A stretch of 64,000 nt of DNA from positions 23,312,001 through 23,376,000 of the forward strand of contig CM068749.1 in the NCBI GenBank assembly GCA_035084275.1, read 5' to 3'. The translations under genes and the position numbers were made by a program. The DNA comes from Hydrolagus colliei. Taxonomy: Eukaryota. A model generated the notes under the pieces. The model saw only the letters and a list, made by a program, of their open reading frames with translations, had not been told where the DNA came from and searched no databases. Below, in pieces: positions 25,531 through 38,951 of this stretch; position 1 is the first letter of the stretch; each line of letters starts with the position of its first letter.

Positions 25531-27329
25531 GGATAAACACAAAGGGCGTCCCTTCCTTTCCTCCAGAGAGAGTGTCCATCCACAGATGGAGACATTTCCC
25601 TGAATAGATGAAGTGGAACTGTGTCGGGATAGGTTTCTACTTGTGTCCTATACTCGGCTGATGAAAAGAGTGACTGTTGGAGGGTTGTCTCTGGTTGATT
25701 GACCAAAATATATATCAATTGTTTCTCAGGAATGTGTGGGGTTTGGACCCTGTGAGTGTGGAGGGTAGCGGGGGAGAGAGGGGAAACCAAACTGTAACTT
25801 GCTTCAGGCAGATTGGCTTTGTGATGTTATTTTGCTCTGACGATGATCTTGATGTTTTAATATCTTAGCAATTCTTGAGTTTTTATATACAGTATATTTT
25901 TTTCACCAACAAATATACAATCAATTGACTTTACAGTATATTCTGTGAAGCGCTTTGAGACATCTAGAAGACGTGAAAAGCACTATATCAAATGCAAGGA
26001 TTATTGTGTATATATATATATATTCCCGTTAAATGTTTTCCTTCAATAGGTTACATTCACCCAATGTCTCTCAAAAACAGCATAACTTCAGGAATTGACT
26101 GTGAATTATTGTTGAAGGCAAATGTAATTAACTGTCCAGGTTGTCAAGTGAACTGGAGCCTCCCCACTTATTTCACTGATAATTCTGTTAATATTCAGCC
26201 TTGGCAGAGCAGTTAGCGGTGATCATTCTCACATTACCTCCCCTTACCACTCAAGCTTCTGCTGGTAATTGAAAGTAAACACTCATTCTAATGCTTGTTC
26301 ACACCTTCTTACTGTCATCTTCCGTGACAGATGAGTTGATAGTGGATTATTTACTTACTTGCATACATGGGTCACTATGATAAACCATTGCAAGATCTGA
26401 GTGAGCGATTGACATTGTTTGAGCATTTTGATGACTAATATTTGAATTACTTGCAGTTTAACCATTAGAAGGCTTTGGTACCAGTCATGAATGTGCAGTT
26501 TATTAAGCCCAATGCCCAGTACTTTACACACTTTGATTATGATAATAATTTGGTCACTCAATCCACGACTGTTTGTAGGGACAATTCTGGGCGCAATTGG
26601 CTGCCGCTATTTAACCACGAAACATACAATTATTATTACTATTCCACTCAACACAGATTAATGTTCAATTTACAAGCTCGGAGCAAAAACCATGATGAGG
26701 TGTGCAGCTAGACTCTTAACACTAAACTACAAGGATATTTCTAATTGGAATATGTTTCCTCTCGCTCTGCGAAACATCTGAATAGAATTATCTTCCCCTC
26801 CCACCTCCTTTAAATCATAACAGCGTTAAAAGCAAAAGAAACGGAGTAAAGCCCCTTCATTATTCATACTGGCCCGTCATCTTAAAAGGATGTAATAAAA
26901 AGGGTATTTCATACATTTTCTGTCCTTGGAGAGGAATCTTGAAACTATATGCCTCTTATGTATTGTGTTCTGGTGAAGGTTTAGTGTATTTAGTTGATCC
27001 ACATTATGCATTTAAGAATTGAAGCACCCAAATCATTATTATTTTAAGCGTTTTGATACAAAAAATGTTCTGAATAAACTCTTGCTACATACACTTTTGT
27101 CATTCTGCTTTACAATATGCAGCATTGGAAACTGGCAGACAATCTTTCCCGATGTTATATGATAGACGGGGGCGGATCCAGGATTTGGGGAATGAGGGGG
27201 CAGAGTCTGACTTCAAAAGGGCTGGTAAAGTAATATTTACTATACTCTGATACTCTGTCCCTACAGTACGTACACACACCATCAAAGGCAGGTTATGTGG
27301 GCCAAATTGTTAATGACAATACCGTATAC

Positions 27330-27650
27330 AGGAATCCTGTAGCTCGGTGGTTAGAGCACTCGGCTCACAAGCGAGAAACCTGGGTTCCATTCCCAGCAGG
27401 TCAGGGCAAAACCATGGCCATGTTTCCTTACTCCACACGCCTGATAATAATCCCTCAAAAAAACATTAATAATTTGGACACTCAGTCCATGACTATTTGT
27501 GGGTCACTGCTGTGCGCAATTGGCTTCTAGATTGTGTCACAAAGCGCTTCACAGAATATACTGAATTGATTGTATATCTGTAGGCAAAACGCGGTAGGCA
27601 TTTGCACACAGCAACGTCCCCACAAACAGTCGTGGATTGAGTGACCAAAA
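27330..27650. mobile_element. Two SINE pieces in opposite orientation
   Basis: Plus-strand head and body at 27331-27527 abut a minus-strand 3' part at 27538-27650. Confidence 0.8.
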
Positions 27651-28444
27651 TATTGACCTCAAGACTTTAGAACACCTTACAGTTTATTTGGTAATTCCAT
27701 ATGAGCAGAATATGTGACTTGCTTAATGTGACTGATAGCACAAATATGGTTTGTTTTGTGTTTTTATATGGCGAGTAATCATGAATTGTGGTTTTTGTAG
27801 GCAGTTTTATCATTAGTTAGGCATGTGAGTTCTGAATTTAAATTGCGATTGACTCTGTCTACATGATATTGTGGTACCTTTATTTTTAAACTAAAAGTTT
27901 TAAAACAAATGTGATTTCTCTTAGAATGCTTTCTCACCAGTTTGTGTTTGTCAGAGGAGTACAGATAGAGAATTAAAGTATTTTGTGGACAAAAAGAATT
28001 GTTTCTCTGGTTAAAAAAAAAGCTGTTTATTTACCGAACATCGGGATTGTTTGAGGGCATTATACAGACCAACTAATACATCAATCAAGTTACAAGATTA
28101 GCATGGAATGGACTGAAAAATATCGCTTGTACGTTGGATAATTTAGGCGATCGATGCACGTAAATTGTAGTTGCTGGAAATGCATGCAACTACATGAAAT
28201 AACACAGAGAAGAAATGTGTGTAACTGCAAGAGAGGGTTATTACTTTGGGTTAGAAATTACTTGCAATTTTCACATAGCTAAATATATAAGAATATGTAG
28301 TACCTTTACTAAAGGGTACCGTGTTTCAGATTGTATGTATAGATTATTTTACGTGAGAGCTCTATATAAATACAAGTTATTATTGTGGGATTTTCTTTTT
28401 AGTCAGCGAGATATCTGACACATGCAGAAAGAAACTCATCACTA

Positions 28445-28580
28445 TAATAATAATAATCCTTGAATTTGATATAGCGCTTTTCGCGTCTCAATGCGCTTCA
28501 CAGAATATACTGTAAAGTGAATATTTGTGGGCGAAACACGGCAGCTAATTGCGCACAGCAGTGTCCCCACAAACAGTAAT
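28445..28580 (-). mobile_element. SINE 3' fragment
   Basis: Reverse tail. Confidence 0.85.
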
Positions 28581-29014
28581 AATAATAATAAATCACAATG
28601 CTTAAGAGAATCAAACTGAGAATTCTATGTATCCCAACTATACATGTAAAGTCCAGAGATGTTTATCGGAAAGGAATTCAAACTCTCCCTGCACACACAT
28701 CCTGCTTATCTAATTACAGAAAGTACTTGGTGCATGTTGGCAAGAACTAAGGCACTCCAGGGCTCAAGTGTGTGTTTGTTCTGAGTTTCTAAGCAGCATA
28801 ACCCATGTAGCTTGCCATTGAAAGCTCAGTCTAGCCAGACTTTCCCGTTGCTTATCCAGCTCTAACTATCCAGGGCTTTGGCTGCAGGGTTAACGGGACC
28901 TGTATCGAGAGAATTCCCTGCCCCCCAGTGACTGGTCTGCCCTTCCAGGCCGTGCTGATGAGCCAGGGCTGTCATCAGCAGCGAGAGAGAAAGACAGAGC
29001 GAGAGCCCTGGATA

Positions 29015-29160
29015 GAATCCTTGCATTTGATGCAGCGCTTTTCACATTTTCTAGACGTCTCAAAGCGCTTCACAGAATATACTGTAAAGTGAATTGATTG
29101 TATATTCGTGGGTGAAACGCAGCAGCCAATTGCGCACAGCAGCGTCCCCCACAAACAGTC
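29015..29160 (-). mobile_element. SINE 3' fragment
   Basis: Reverse tail about 225 nt upstream of the terminal RNF220 exon. Confidence 0.85.
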
Positions 29161-29386
29161 AAAATGGACCCAGACTAGAGACCGTCACAGAGAGAGGGGT
29201 TGGGGCTCGATTCCGTCATTCCGTTGGCAAACCTGACAATTCAGCTCCAAGGAACCCCTGCTTACCTCTTGGCCTTATCGGGGAGGAGGGTAGTTACACT
29301 GGAAATAAATCATCTTATGTTAACAGTTGTCACCCTTTGCTGGTACATTAACGCTTCATTATTCTTTTTCTCCTTCTTCTACACAG

Positions 29387-29458
29387 GGCGCAAAGAAACT
29401 CTGTCCACAGTGCAACACCATCACATCCCCTGGAGATCTTAGACGTGTGTATTTGTGA
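29387..29458 (+). CDS. RNF220: RNF220 terminal coding exon (last RING CxxC and stop)
   Basis: Strong acceptor ttctttttctccttcttctacacag at 29386. Translates to GAKKLCPQCNTITSPGDLRRVYL followed by TGA at 29456-29458, completing a C3HC4 RING (CLIC..CWH..CEEC..CPQC). Confidence 0.98.
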   Translation, partial: GAKKLCPQCNTITSPGDLRRVYL

Positions 29459-31375
29459 AGAGCTTGGGGGGGGGGGGTGTGTGTGTGGGGGTGGGGGTGC
29501 TGGGGTGGGGGAGGGGGGGGTTGGGAGGGGAGAAGGGGGCAGGAGTGTGTGTGGGGATGGATGGATGGAAAGGCCCCGTCATCGTGAAGCCTAGCTAGTT
29601 TCAAAAAACCTCCCGACGGGAAGAGAAACGAGAGCCTCTGCGCGAACACTTGTGGGTGGCACCAACCAAAAGCCGACAAAAATTCAGTTTTGGAAGGAGA
29701 GAAGCGTCCCAGCCGGGAAGGAGAACCTGATAATAAGCCGTTTGTTGTATTAATAAAAAAAAGCACCCCACCCCACCCCACCCTGCAATTTATCAGATGG
29801 ATTGACTGACGCCCAGAGAACGCACAAACTCCTACGTGTAAAACCCTATTGGCTGGAGCTGTGATTACCAAGACACCTTCTGGGGCTGTGCATTGTGAAT
29901 GGACCTGTACTGTGTTCTATTGTGGTGTTAGTAACAAAAAAAAAAAAAAAACGAAAGATGAAGCACATGTAATATAAATTATGTATGTTTACACCATTGA
30001 TTGTGTATAAATGGAATAGACTTATGAACAGTGCATACTGATAAGTCCTTAATTGTTTTCAAAGAGAGAGAGAGAGAGAGAAAAAAAAACCCGAAGTGAG
30101 GTACATTAAACCCACAGTATTTTTTACCCAGGCTGTCAGATTTAAATGTCTTTAGCTGTTGGTTAAAAAAAAAAATCTGGTTTAATGAATGATTTGTGGT
30201 GTATATTTCTTCATTCGAATTCAAGTAACAGCTTCAGTAACGGCTGTAGTAAATACCCATAACTTAAATACTAAAGAATATAGACAAGTCGGCTTGTCTT
30301 AGTTGTTAACAAATGGGCTATTTGTCCTAGAAGCCTGACCCATTTAAAATATCAGGCAACCGCAGCAGCCTCCGCCGGAGGGGAGAATTAGCCCCGAGCC
30401 CTCCATACAGGCAGTGGCCATTCCCCGAGGTGAGAGAGTCTGCGTTAGTTCTTGTGGACCAGCAGTGTGTGCTGTGTGTCTGTTGTACCAGAATATGTAA
30501 TCAGTTATAATGTTTGTTATTCGTGTGAAAAGTCCTGGACAATACTGAGGAACTGGAAAGTAGATTTTTTTTGGGGGGGGTTTTGTTTTTTGCTTTTTTT
30601 TGGTTTTGTTGTTGAAAGGCTGGCAGTGTTTGTTTGCAGGGGGCGGAATGCAGTGACTCTGCAACGAACAGCCGACCCGCAACTCTCGATGGCGGATGGC
30701 GGACGCCTCCGCTCCGCGCAAAGGAAAAGCTGATTGAATTGGCCGACGCCGGCCAACAACTCCTCCTCCGAAAGAACGAAAGAAAGAAAGAAATATCCTC
30801 AGCATTTACCAGTCGCAAAAGATGTGTACAGTCCACCCTCAAAAGTGGTTGGGACTGTTTTTTTTTTCTCTCCCGGCTCTCCCTTTCGTACCACATTGAC
30901 GCTCGCCGCGTTCCTGGGACGCTCGCCGAGCGCGTACCGTCTCAACGTGGGAAATGCTGAGCTTCCAAGGACGGCGTTGCCAAGGGTGGGTGACGTGAAC
31001 TCAGTGGGTTAGTGCAGGGGAAATGGGACCTGAGGAAAGACCTGAAAATGACTGTATCTGTCGGCGGTATTTTTTAAAAAAACACAAAAAAACGCACATT
31101 CAATGCCCCAAAAGTGGTAGTAAGGTGACCATTAAATCCTTTTGATGTAGTTGCAATCTCAATTTTTCTCTCGTTCTTTTAGTGGCTGCCATTGCCATTT
31201 TAATCTTTCCAGTCATCCCCCACCCTGAATGCTGGACTTTTTTTAATTTATTTTTCCCCCACCGCCGTTTGTGCAACATGGTGTTTACTGGAGGTTTCCA
31301 CAAACACACTGATGTTTCCTAATAAAAAAAAAGTTCAAAGTTCTTGCCGAATAAAATGTGGTTGTCTGTGCTAGT
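29459..31375 (+). other. RNF220: Probable RNF220 3' UTR
   Basis: Follows the stop codon, lacks the SINEs that occur every 1-2 kb elsewhere, and has U-rich tracts. It ends at paired AATAAA signals. The end point is inferred. Confidence 0.55.
31321..31355 (+). terminator. Candidate polyadenylation signals (AATAAA at 31321 and 31350)
   Basis: Two AATAAA hexamers followed by GT/T-rich sequence (tgtggttgtctgtg, ttgttgattt). A more proximal AATAAA lies at 29752-29757. Confidence 0.5.
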
Positions 31376-34300
31376 GCAGAGCCAATTGTTGATTTAATTG
31401 TAAGGTGTAAAAAAACTCTCAAATGACTCTCTGTATGTTGCTTATTATTAGGGAATTGCTTTAAAAGGTAGATTCACACGACTTGTTCTCTTACACTATT
31501 AATGCAATGCGGAAGGGTTCTTGACTGTCACTCTCAGAAAACTGCAAACGCATCTCCCTGGTTAATTTGGCATCGGGTGCCAGAAACTCACTCACACACA
31601 GTGCTGTCCGTGGTGGGTGAGATCTCGGGGTCAGTTGGGACGACGGAATGTCTCGTTCTGTCTTTGATGCTTCAGCTATTCTCACTGAAGTGAGTTGCTG
31701 CTCTCAGCAGTTCCCAGTGGAAGCAAGTCCGCGATTCAAAAGTGCCCACACTCAACCAATACTGTTTTACATTCTCCTCTCCCCCTCCCTTCCACCATTC
31801 AATCACACAAAACATTCTGTTAACCAACTATCGAGAACTGTATGTATGTTAAGTGTCAGCTTTGGGAGAAAAGATAGACTTTGACAACAAAAAAACATGG
31901 TTATGTATAAAAATCTGTGGATGTCCTGTGTATGACTCGAGATTAATCACTTGCCTTTACATCTCCTGATATTGAGCCAAAATACTGATGTCTGGGGTAT
32001 AATTGAATTTCTGCTAAAATTCATACACCTGCTTATTTACACACTTTGTTGTGTAAACATGTATTGTTGGGCGGATGATACACTAAGTTGTTGCCAAGTC
32101 CTTTATTCCCCTGTGGGTGGATCGAATTCTGACTAACAGCAATCACCATGTAGAGTGAGTAGGGCACATTGAGATAGGTTCTAAGCATGTATGTATTTGG
32201 GCCTTTAGACAACCTTTTCCGTATGTTCTTTGATACTTCCATGAAATTCTTCCTTCACCAGCTTCTCCCATTCTCTTTGATTTCTGAGCAAATGTATTTT
32301 TTAAGTGAACACATCGCAGAAAGAGGTTTGGCCACATTCTGTTCCTTCTTTGCGTCGAAAGACTGTGGGTTTTGTTTCTCTTCCTCTCCCCCCCCCCCCC
32401 CCCCCCCACCCCCCAAACAGTATATATATATATCATGTGCACAACAGGCTTGTAATGCGCAGATTGATAAAATGTAATGGGATTAAAGACTCGGCAAATA
32501 GCTCGGTGTACGTTTGAAATAAGCCAACACGGTTTGAGAGTTTGGCCATTTGTGTTTTTTGTTTCCTTTAAAACATCTCGTAGGTTATACCTTCATTCAC
32601 TGCGGTGGAGGGAGTGACGTGTGTATGCCTTCCTCCAGTGTAACTGAAGCCGTCTTGTCAGATGATACACTAAAGTAAAACAGGTACAATTTTCCTCTAT
32701 CCCTAACATAAGGCTGCCACAGCACTATTTGGCTGTTTGTTCCAGAATTCCCTGCCATCAGGAAGATAATATGAGCTAAATACTCTTAAAAACCCTTCAG
32801 CCACTTGCCTCGCAATCAATTCCTTATCTGTTGCAACTTATTGATGTTTCTTCCCCCCCACCCCAAAAAAACCCAACAACAAAGTATATGAACTTTCAAT
32901 CGCCCCCTCATGAATTTTCATCTAATTTTGTGCTGGAGAGTTCAAAGAATAGATTACCAAAGTGTAAGTGTGAGTGTGTGAGGCAGAGAGATTCACTCCA
33001 GAGGTTGAAAATATCTTTTGTGTTCATTCCTGGAACATGCTTTGTTTAATTTCATGGGATAATTCAAAGATTTGTTGGCTGCTACATACAAACCATAATT
33101 TGTTTGCAATCCCCAGATGCTAGTTTGGCTTTTACGAGACTAGCCTAATAAAAACTGACATGGATGAGTGTCAGGGTTGCATAATACTATACACATGCAA
33201 GGAACGGGCCCACTACAGAAAGCAATAGAATTTTATTTAATCTGTGTTCCTCCCTCAATATTTGTTTTAATGATATTCGTATGTTTTTATTTAGCAAGAG
33301 TTCCCGCGGATCTTTTTCCGCAGTAAAATCATTCTCAAATGTGGCACTATTTCAGGTGGAAGGATTTAAAAAATAATAATAAGATGTTGATGTGCACATC
33401 GCCTTTCAAACCCCAACAGAAGGGTGAGCTAAGGAATAATAATAATAATATTAATAATAATAATCCTTGCACTTGAGATGTATTCAAGATGTCTCAAAGC
33501 GCTTCACAGAATATAGTGTAAAATGAATGGCCTATATTATACTTTGTGCCATTTACACGTACGCAGAGTTGGGGTCTCACCCTCCCCCCCCCCCCAAACC
33601 CAGACACGGAGATCGGGTCACACACACTCTCCACACTCTGCTGTCTCCGTTGCCGCGGATACGCACGGTTTACGTCCAAGGTTAGACCTTGGATTGATTC
33701 TCAGTCTCGGGTCAAATCTGCCTTTTGTAGCTGCAGTCAGTCGTTCCTGCACATGATCAACTCTGATTGCACTGACACTGGACTCATTGACACTCAGCCC
33801 ATTTTGCTGCCGAAAATGGTGGGGATAAGATTTCTTACCTTGTTTTTCCATGTTCCCTCAGTTTCCCCCCACCCACCACCCGCCCTCCGCTCCCTCGTAC
33901 CAAATACTAGCACAGTTCCTCAGGTAAACTATTCTATTGATTTAAGTAGATGGAGAATTATTGACTTTAAAGTAAACAGGAACCTTAATTACATGATGAT
34001 TTGGCAAAACTAGACTCTGGAATGGAATTTTTCCCCCATTTATTGTAATCCTCCGCCCGCCTCCCCTGTCACCAAAAGAGCTAGAGGCTGGTGCTTTTGT
34101 CACACTGAGTAATTGTAAATGTTTGTTCTCCCACTTTTCCCCTCTGTGGGGAATTGGTTGCACCTTCGTCCAAAATGGGGAGGTTCGTGGAGGAGGGGGT
34201 GGGGGTGGGGGTGGGGGGGAAAGGGACGAGTTATATCAGAACGCTCACAGTAGTGAGAATCCATCCACTTCCACTCATTTCCACCGAACGGTTTTGCTCA

Positions 34301-35774
34301 GTCCCCCCGGCTACGTTTCTGCTCGGTGTCAATGTCGGCGAGTTCAGATTCTCTTCGAGTCGAGGTTTAACTGAGATTCATTTTGTGAAGTGGGGGCCAA
34401 CCTTCAAACCAACGTGGACATTGGCAGGTGGTGGGGGGGTGGGGGTGGGAGATGATGAGGATTCCAAAGTCTTTTACAATATATTCGAAAGAAAAAAAAT
34501 CTTAAGCGCGGAACAAAACAAAACATGAGGCCAAAGATGTAACAAGTTAAAACAGCATTTTACGAGTATGGTTTCCCGCCCCCCACCCCCCCCCCCCCCC
34601 AAAACACCCCCGTGCCCCCCACCCCTCCGTTAAACAGTTAAACAGCAGGACTGCATTGTGGGTAAGACAAGGCTACTGTAAGGTTGAGTGATTTAACCAC
34701 CTCTGTCTGGTTTGCGATGTAAAGTTTATGCATTCTGTGACGTTGGCATAGACCGAAAGCCTTTTATTGTAGAATTTGCGCTTTTATTGTGTCTCCGTGT
34801 GAAGCCTGTACCTTAAAGTATTGGATTTCTGAGTCTTGCTGTTGAAATACTTGTAAAGAAAATAATAAATTTTTTTGTAACTCACAATATACAAAAGAGG
34901 AATGAGATTGTACTTTTTTTGCCCGCTGTAAAACGTAGCACAAAACACTTTAACTGGCAGGTTTGAACACTGGCCGACGCGAGAAACTGGTATTAATGGG
35001 CCTGTACAATGTCAGATACAACAAGGGCTCGAGTCAAACGTGGTTTGAAAACTTTTTTCACTTCTGGATGCAGGGTTCAAATTCAGTCCACACACAGAAA
35101 GGTCTGAAGGGCCAACCAGTCTCCACTCCAGTGATCACAAATCCACAATACAACACTAACATTATTATTATTATCACGCGTGTAAGGCGAGTGCTCTAAC
35201 CACTGAGCTACAGGACTTGCTGAAAAGGTTTTTGCTGAATTTGGAAGATCATTCCAGCGCCTCTGCTCTAGGGTTCCTGTGTAGAGATTATCAGAGCTTT
35301 GACAGTCCTGCTGCACGACCCGGGTTTGCGATGGGAAAATCAAAGACCCATTTCAAAGAGTCTTCTAATGCATCCAGTGCGGAGATACTGAGGCTCTGGC
35401 TACATCTCTGAACACGATACTGTTGAACGCACTGACGTGACCTGTGTTCTCTCAGCACCACTATCCTAAACCAGATGTTTATTCATTATTGCAGTGTGAC
35501 TGCCTTAAACCAGAGTTCCTAGATACACAAGTCAATTGGCTTTTCATGCGGCAGCAGGAAAAGAGCCAGTTAATGACTGGACATAACTGTTACTGAAATC
35601 CATCTCCTTCCATTCGTGCATCTCTGTCTGCCTCGCCAGCACTGACCCTAATGCACACTCTGAGGTCCCCAAGCCTTGGTTGCTGCCAACCTGCGCCTAA
35701 TATGTTCCAGAATTAGATAAGTAGGATGCGTTGCTTCCAGCGGGAGAGAGAGAGAGAGAGAGAGAGACATTCTA

Positions 35775-36245
35775 TCTGTAGCTCAGTGGTTAGAGCACTC
35801 GCCTTAAAAACACGAGACCTGTGTTTGAATCCAAGTAGATCAGGGCGAAACCTTGGGCAAGCTTCCTTACTCCACACACACACACACACCTTTTTGTGAT
35901 GACAGGAATGATGGTGCTCTTTCTAAACGCTTGTGTGTAAGACATTGGTTCAGTCACGATCAATAGTGCAATTATTACATGGGCGTTGTCACCAACAGCA
36001 CATTGGCAGGTTAACCAATCAGGTAAAGCGATGAGCAAGGTTAGCAATAACAATAATATTAATCCTTGCGTTTGATATAGAGGCTTTTCACATCTTATCG
36101 ATGTCTCAAAGCGCTTCCCAGGATATACTGTAAAGTGAATTGACTGTATATATTTGTGGGTGAAACGTGGCAGCCGATTGCGCACAGCAGCGTTCCCCCC
36201 ACAAACAGTCTTGGATTGAAATGACCAATTTTTATTATTGTGGGT
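35775..36245. mobile_element. SINE head (+, 35775-35890) and SINE 3' half (-, 36045-36245)
   Basis: The head ends at the (CA)n linker, and a separate reverse tail lies downstream. Confidence 0.8.
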
Positions 36246-36754
36246 TTCCTTTAATATTCCTTTAATAGCCGAGGCGACGGTAAACGAGAATAGAATTCTA
36301 CAACAACCTCAGCAGAGCGAATAGAGATTTTTGTTAAAAAAAACTTTTGTCTTCCCAATTCTGTTGAGAAGGATATTTGCTCATTGGATATTTAATTAAG
36401 TGGAATCGACTGTGCAATGACACAGTTAATAAACTGCGAGGGTTTTGATTGAAAGTACGAATAAACATTTGGACAAAGATGTCCTGTTCATCACCCACTC
36501 ACTGGGAAAACATACTAACTCCTTGTTCAGCCAGTCACAGCAGTAACAGCTGTATGCAGAGACTAAGCAACCTAACAAGTGCGTTAATTTGATGGGTATC
36601 CAAAAGAGAAGCCAATAGAGTAAAGGATATGATGCACCAGGGTTAATCTAGTGATTTAGTTTGTTTTGTCTGTGGACCCGAGCGAGCGAGGGATACAGAT
36701 AGACAGAGACCTTGTGGATCAACACCAAATTTGCTCCCCCAAGCATTTTACAGA

Positions 36755-37117
36755 TAATAATAATAATAATAATCCTTGCATTTGATATCGCGGCTTTTCA
36801 CATCTTATCGACGTCTCAAAGCGCTTCACAGAATATACTGTAAAGTGAATTGACTGTATATATTTGTGGGCGAAACGCGGCAGCCAATTGCTCACAGCAG
36901 CGTCCCCCACAAACAGTCGCGGATTGAAATGACCAACTTTTATTACAGTGTAGTGTGTTTTTGTTTGAGGGAATATTATTGGGCGCGCGCGCGCGCGTGT
37001 GTGTGTGTGTGAAGTAAGGAAACATGCCCAAGGTTTGGCCCTGATCTGCCTGGATTCGAACACAGGTCTCATGCTTGTAAGGCGAGCGCTCTAACCCACT
37101 GAGCTACAGGAGCTCCA
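36755..37117 (-). mobile_element. tRNA-derived SINE, full length
   Basis: Complete reverse copy ending ...ccactgagctacaggagctcca, with a (CG)n(TG)n linker. Confidence 0.95.
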
Positions 37118-37824
37118 CAGAGGCCAATGAACAGGTGCTCGTTTACTCGCTGTCCACACGACATTTTGTTGAGGTGCAGACACGCCCACCACACCTGTCA
37201 CTCGTTAGGACTCGTAGAAATGAACTTCTTGGGAAAAGCAAAATGGAGCAGAACAAGATCTCACATCTCCCACCAACAGCCCGGTAAGCAAGTATTTGAA
37301 TCACTCTTGTTTAATATAGAAAACACGCACACATATCTGGTAAGGAAATGGGACTTGCGGTAACAAGAAAAAGGGGAAAACAGCAACAGACATAATTGAA
37401 TATTGTTTTGGAACATAAAGATTCTTTGACATGTCCGAGACCTTGGAAGTTATTTCTCCGAGGAAGTCGATCTTCAAGGATGTATAACACAGGACATGAG
37501 GTCAAGATAAGGAAGAAATCTGGAATTTTGCTTCAGTTATCTGTCAGGCTCCATTGGAACAGCCAAGAGGAATGTTGTATCTGGAATGTTAACTGAGTGA
37601 GAGTTATTATATATGGTCAATGACAGGAACATGGTGGATAGTAAACATTTGTACAGATTCGGGCGTCGTTTGAGACGTCAAAAACCTAAACGCTCAGGAA
37701 AAACCTGGGTGGGAGTTTGCGAGGTTTACTTTTGTGTTAAATTGTGCCACATCAGGCCGGGTATAATCCAGGTATAATTTAACCGTTGGGGTTTTTTTTT
37801 AAGTTATGAAGTGAGGGAGTGAGT

Positions 37825-37994
37825 TTAGAGATTGCTGACTCGATTGCCTATTATGTGTCGCGATGGTTCCCACTGAAACGCCACTGAAACCATTCTCTTG
37901 GTGTGATATTGATCCGCCAGTTGAGCCCGCTGAATCAAACTCGGTTTCGGGAATTTCCGCAGCGTCTCGATGCCAAATAACGGCAGGTTTGGGT
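37825..37994 (-). CDS. Candidate terminal exon of the minus-strand gene
   Basis: Acceptor gcattcttcaccag, then the phase-1 frame xPNLPLFGIETLRKFPKPSLIQRAQLADQYHTKRMVSVAFQWEPSRHIIGNRVSNL*. CpG-rich and non-repetitive. A second frame is also open, so the frame is ambiguous. Confidence 0.25.
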
Positions 37995-38951
37995 CTGGTG
38001 AAGAATGCGGTTACGTTAAAGCAAGAATGGGTTTTTTTTAAAAAAAGAGTCAATCCTTTCCCAACGTCAACCGTTTAAGCAGGCTGTACAGTTAGCCGAT
38101 TATAAACTCAGATTGGTTTAATTTGTTAAAAATCACACACTTTTCATTTTTATTACAGTACAGCGTCTGTCATTTTTTTTTCTCTCTCTCCGTTCCAAAC
38201 CTCCATCTGTCATACAAAGTGCAGCTTGTTTATCAATTCACTAAAAAGCTTAATTTCATTTTAGCGCACACGCAGTCTGTCAGTCTCGCTCCGCTAAAAG
38301 CTTTCATGCTGGGGAATGTGAAGTGTAACTGTAAATAATGGCTAAATGCCACCTCGATAGAGTATTTTCCTTACACTTTGAAATGCATTATACGTCAATG
38401 CCCTGTGTGTGTGTGTGTGTGTGTGATATCAGTTCGTTATTCCTGTCACTATCTCATCAGAACTTCACAATGCTTGTAACATTACATCCAATCAGTCTCT
38501 TATTTCCCTGCTGTTCTGGCAGTTTAGGGTGTTACATTACTATTGACTATTGAATTATACAATATACAAGGTGGTAAAATTCCTGTAGTTTACTGCAAAA
38601 AAAAAGGTTCGATATTCGTATTCGAACCTCTCATCCCCTCAGAATTCACTTTCTTTTATACCCTGGTCATGAAAATAGCAGGCTCCCTCACCCCCCCCCC
38701 CCCCCCCCCCCAACCTTCCCCACACACCAGCCCCCTCCCTTACACGTCCTTATTGTCAAACGTTTGAGAAAAACTTTCTTATTTTTCTTAACCAATCATC
38801 TTAAAAAAGATTTTTTTTTCGCAAATGGATCTTCACATTATTACGACTTTATCCACTTGAGAACGCAGTGTTTCTGGGTTGGCAGGCGCGGTTTTCACCG
38901 TGTCTTGATCATTTGGTTGAATCTGCTGCAAAAAAGATCGTGGTCTAGGCA

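Noticed and set aside
27168-27200. ggggcggatccaggattt, resembling a Harbinger-type MITE terminus
   Set aside because: I found no matching inverted terminus nearby.
30688-30733. ATGGCGGATGGCGGA, a strong-looking start in GC-rich sequence
   Set aside because: Both ATG frames stop within about 14 codons and no convincing splice donor follows.
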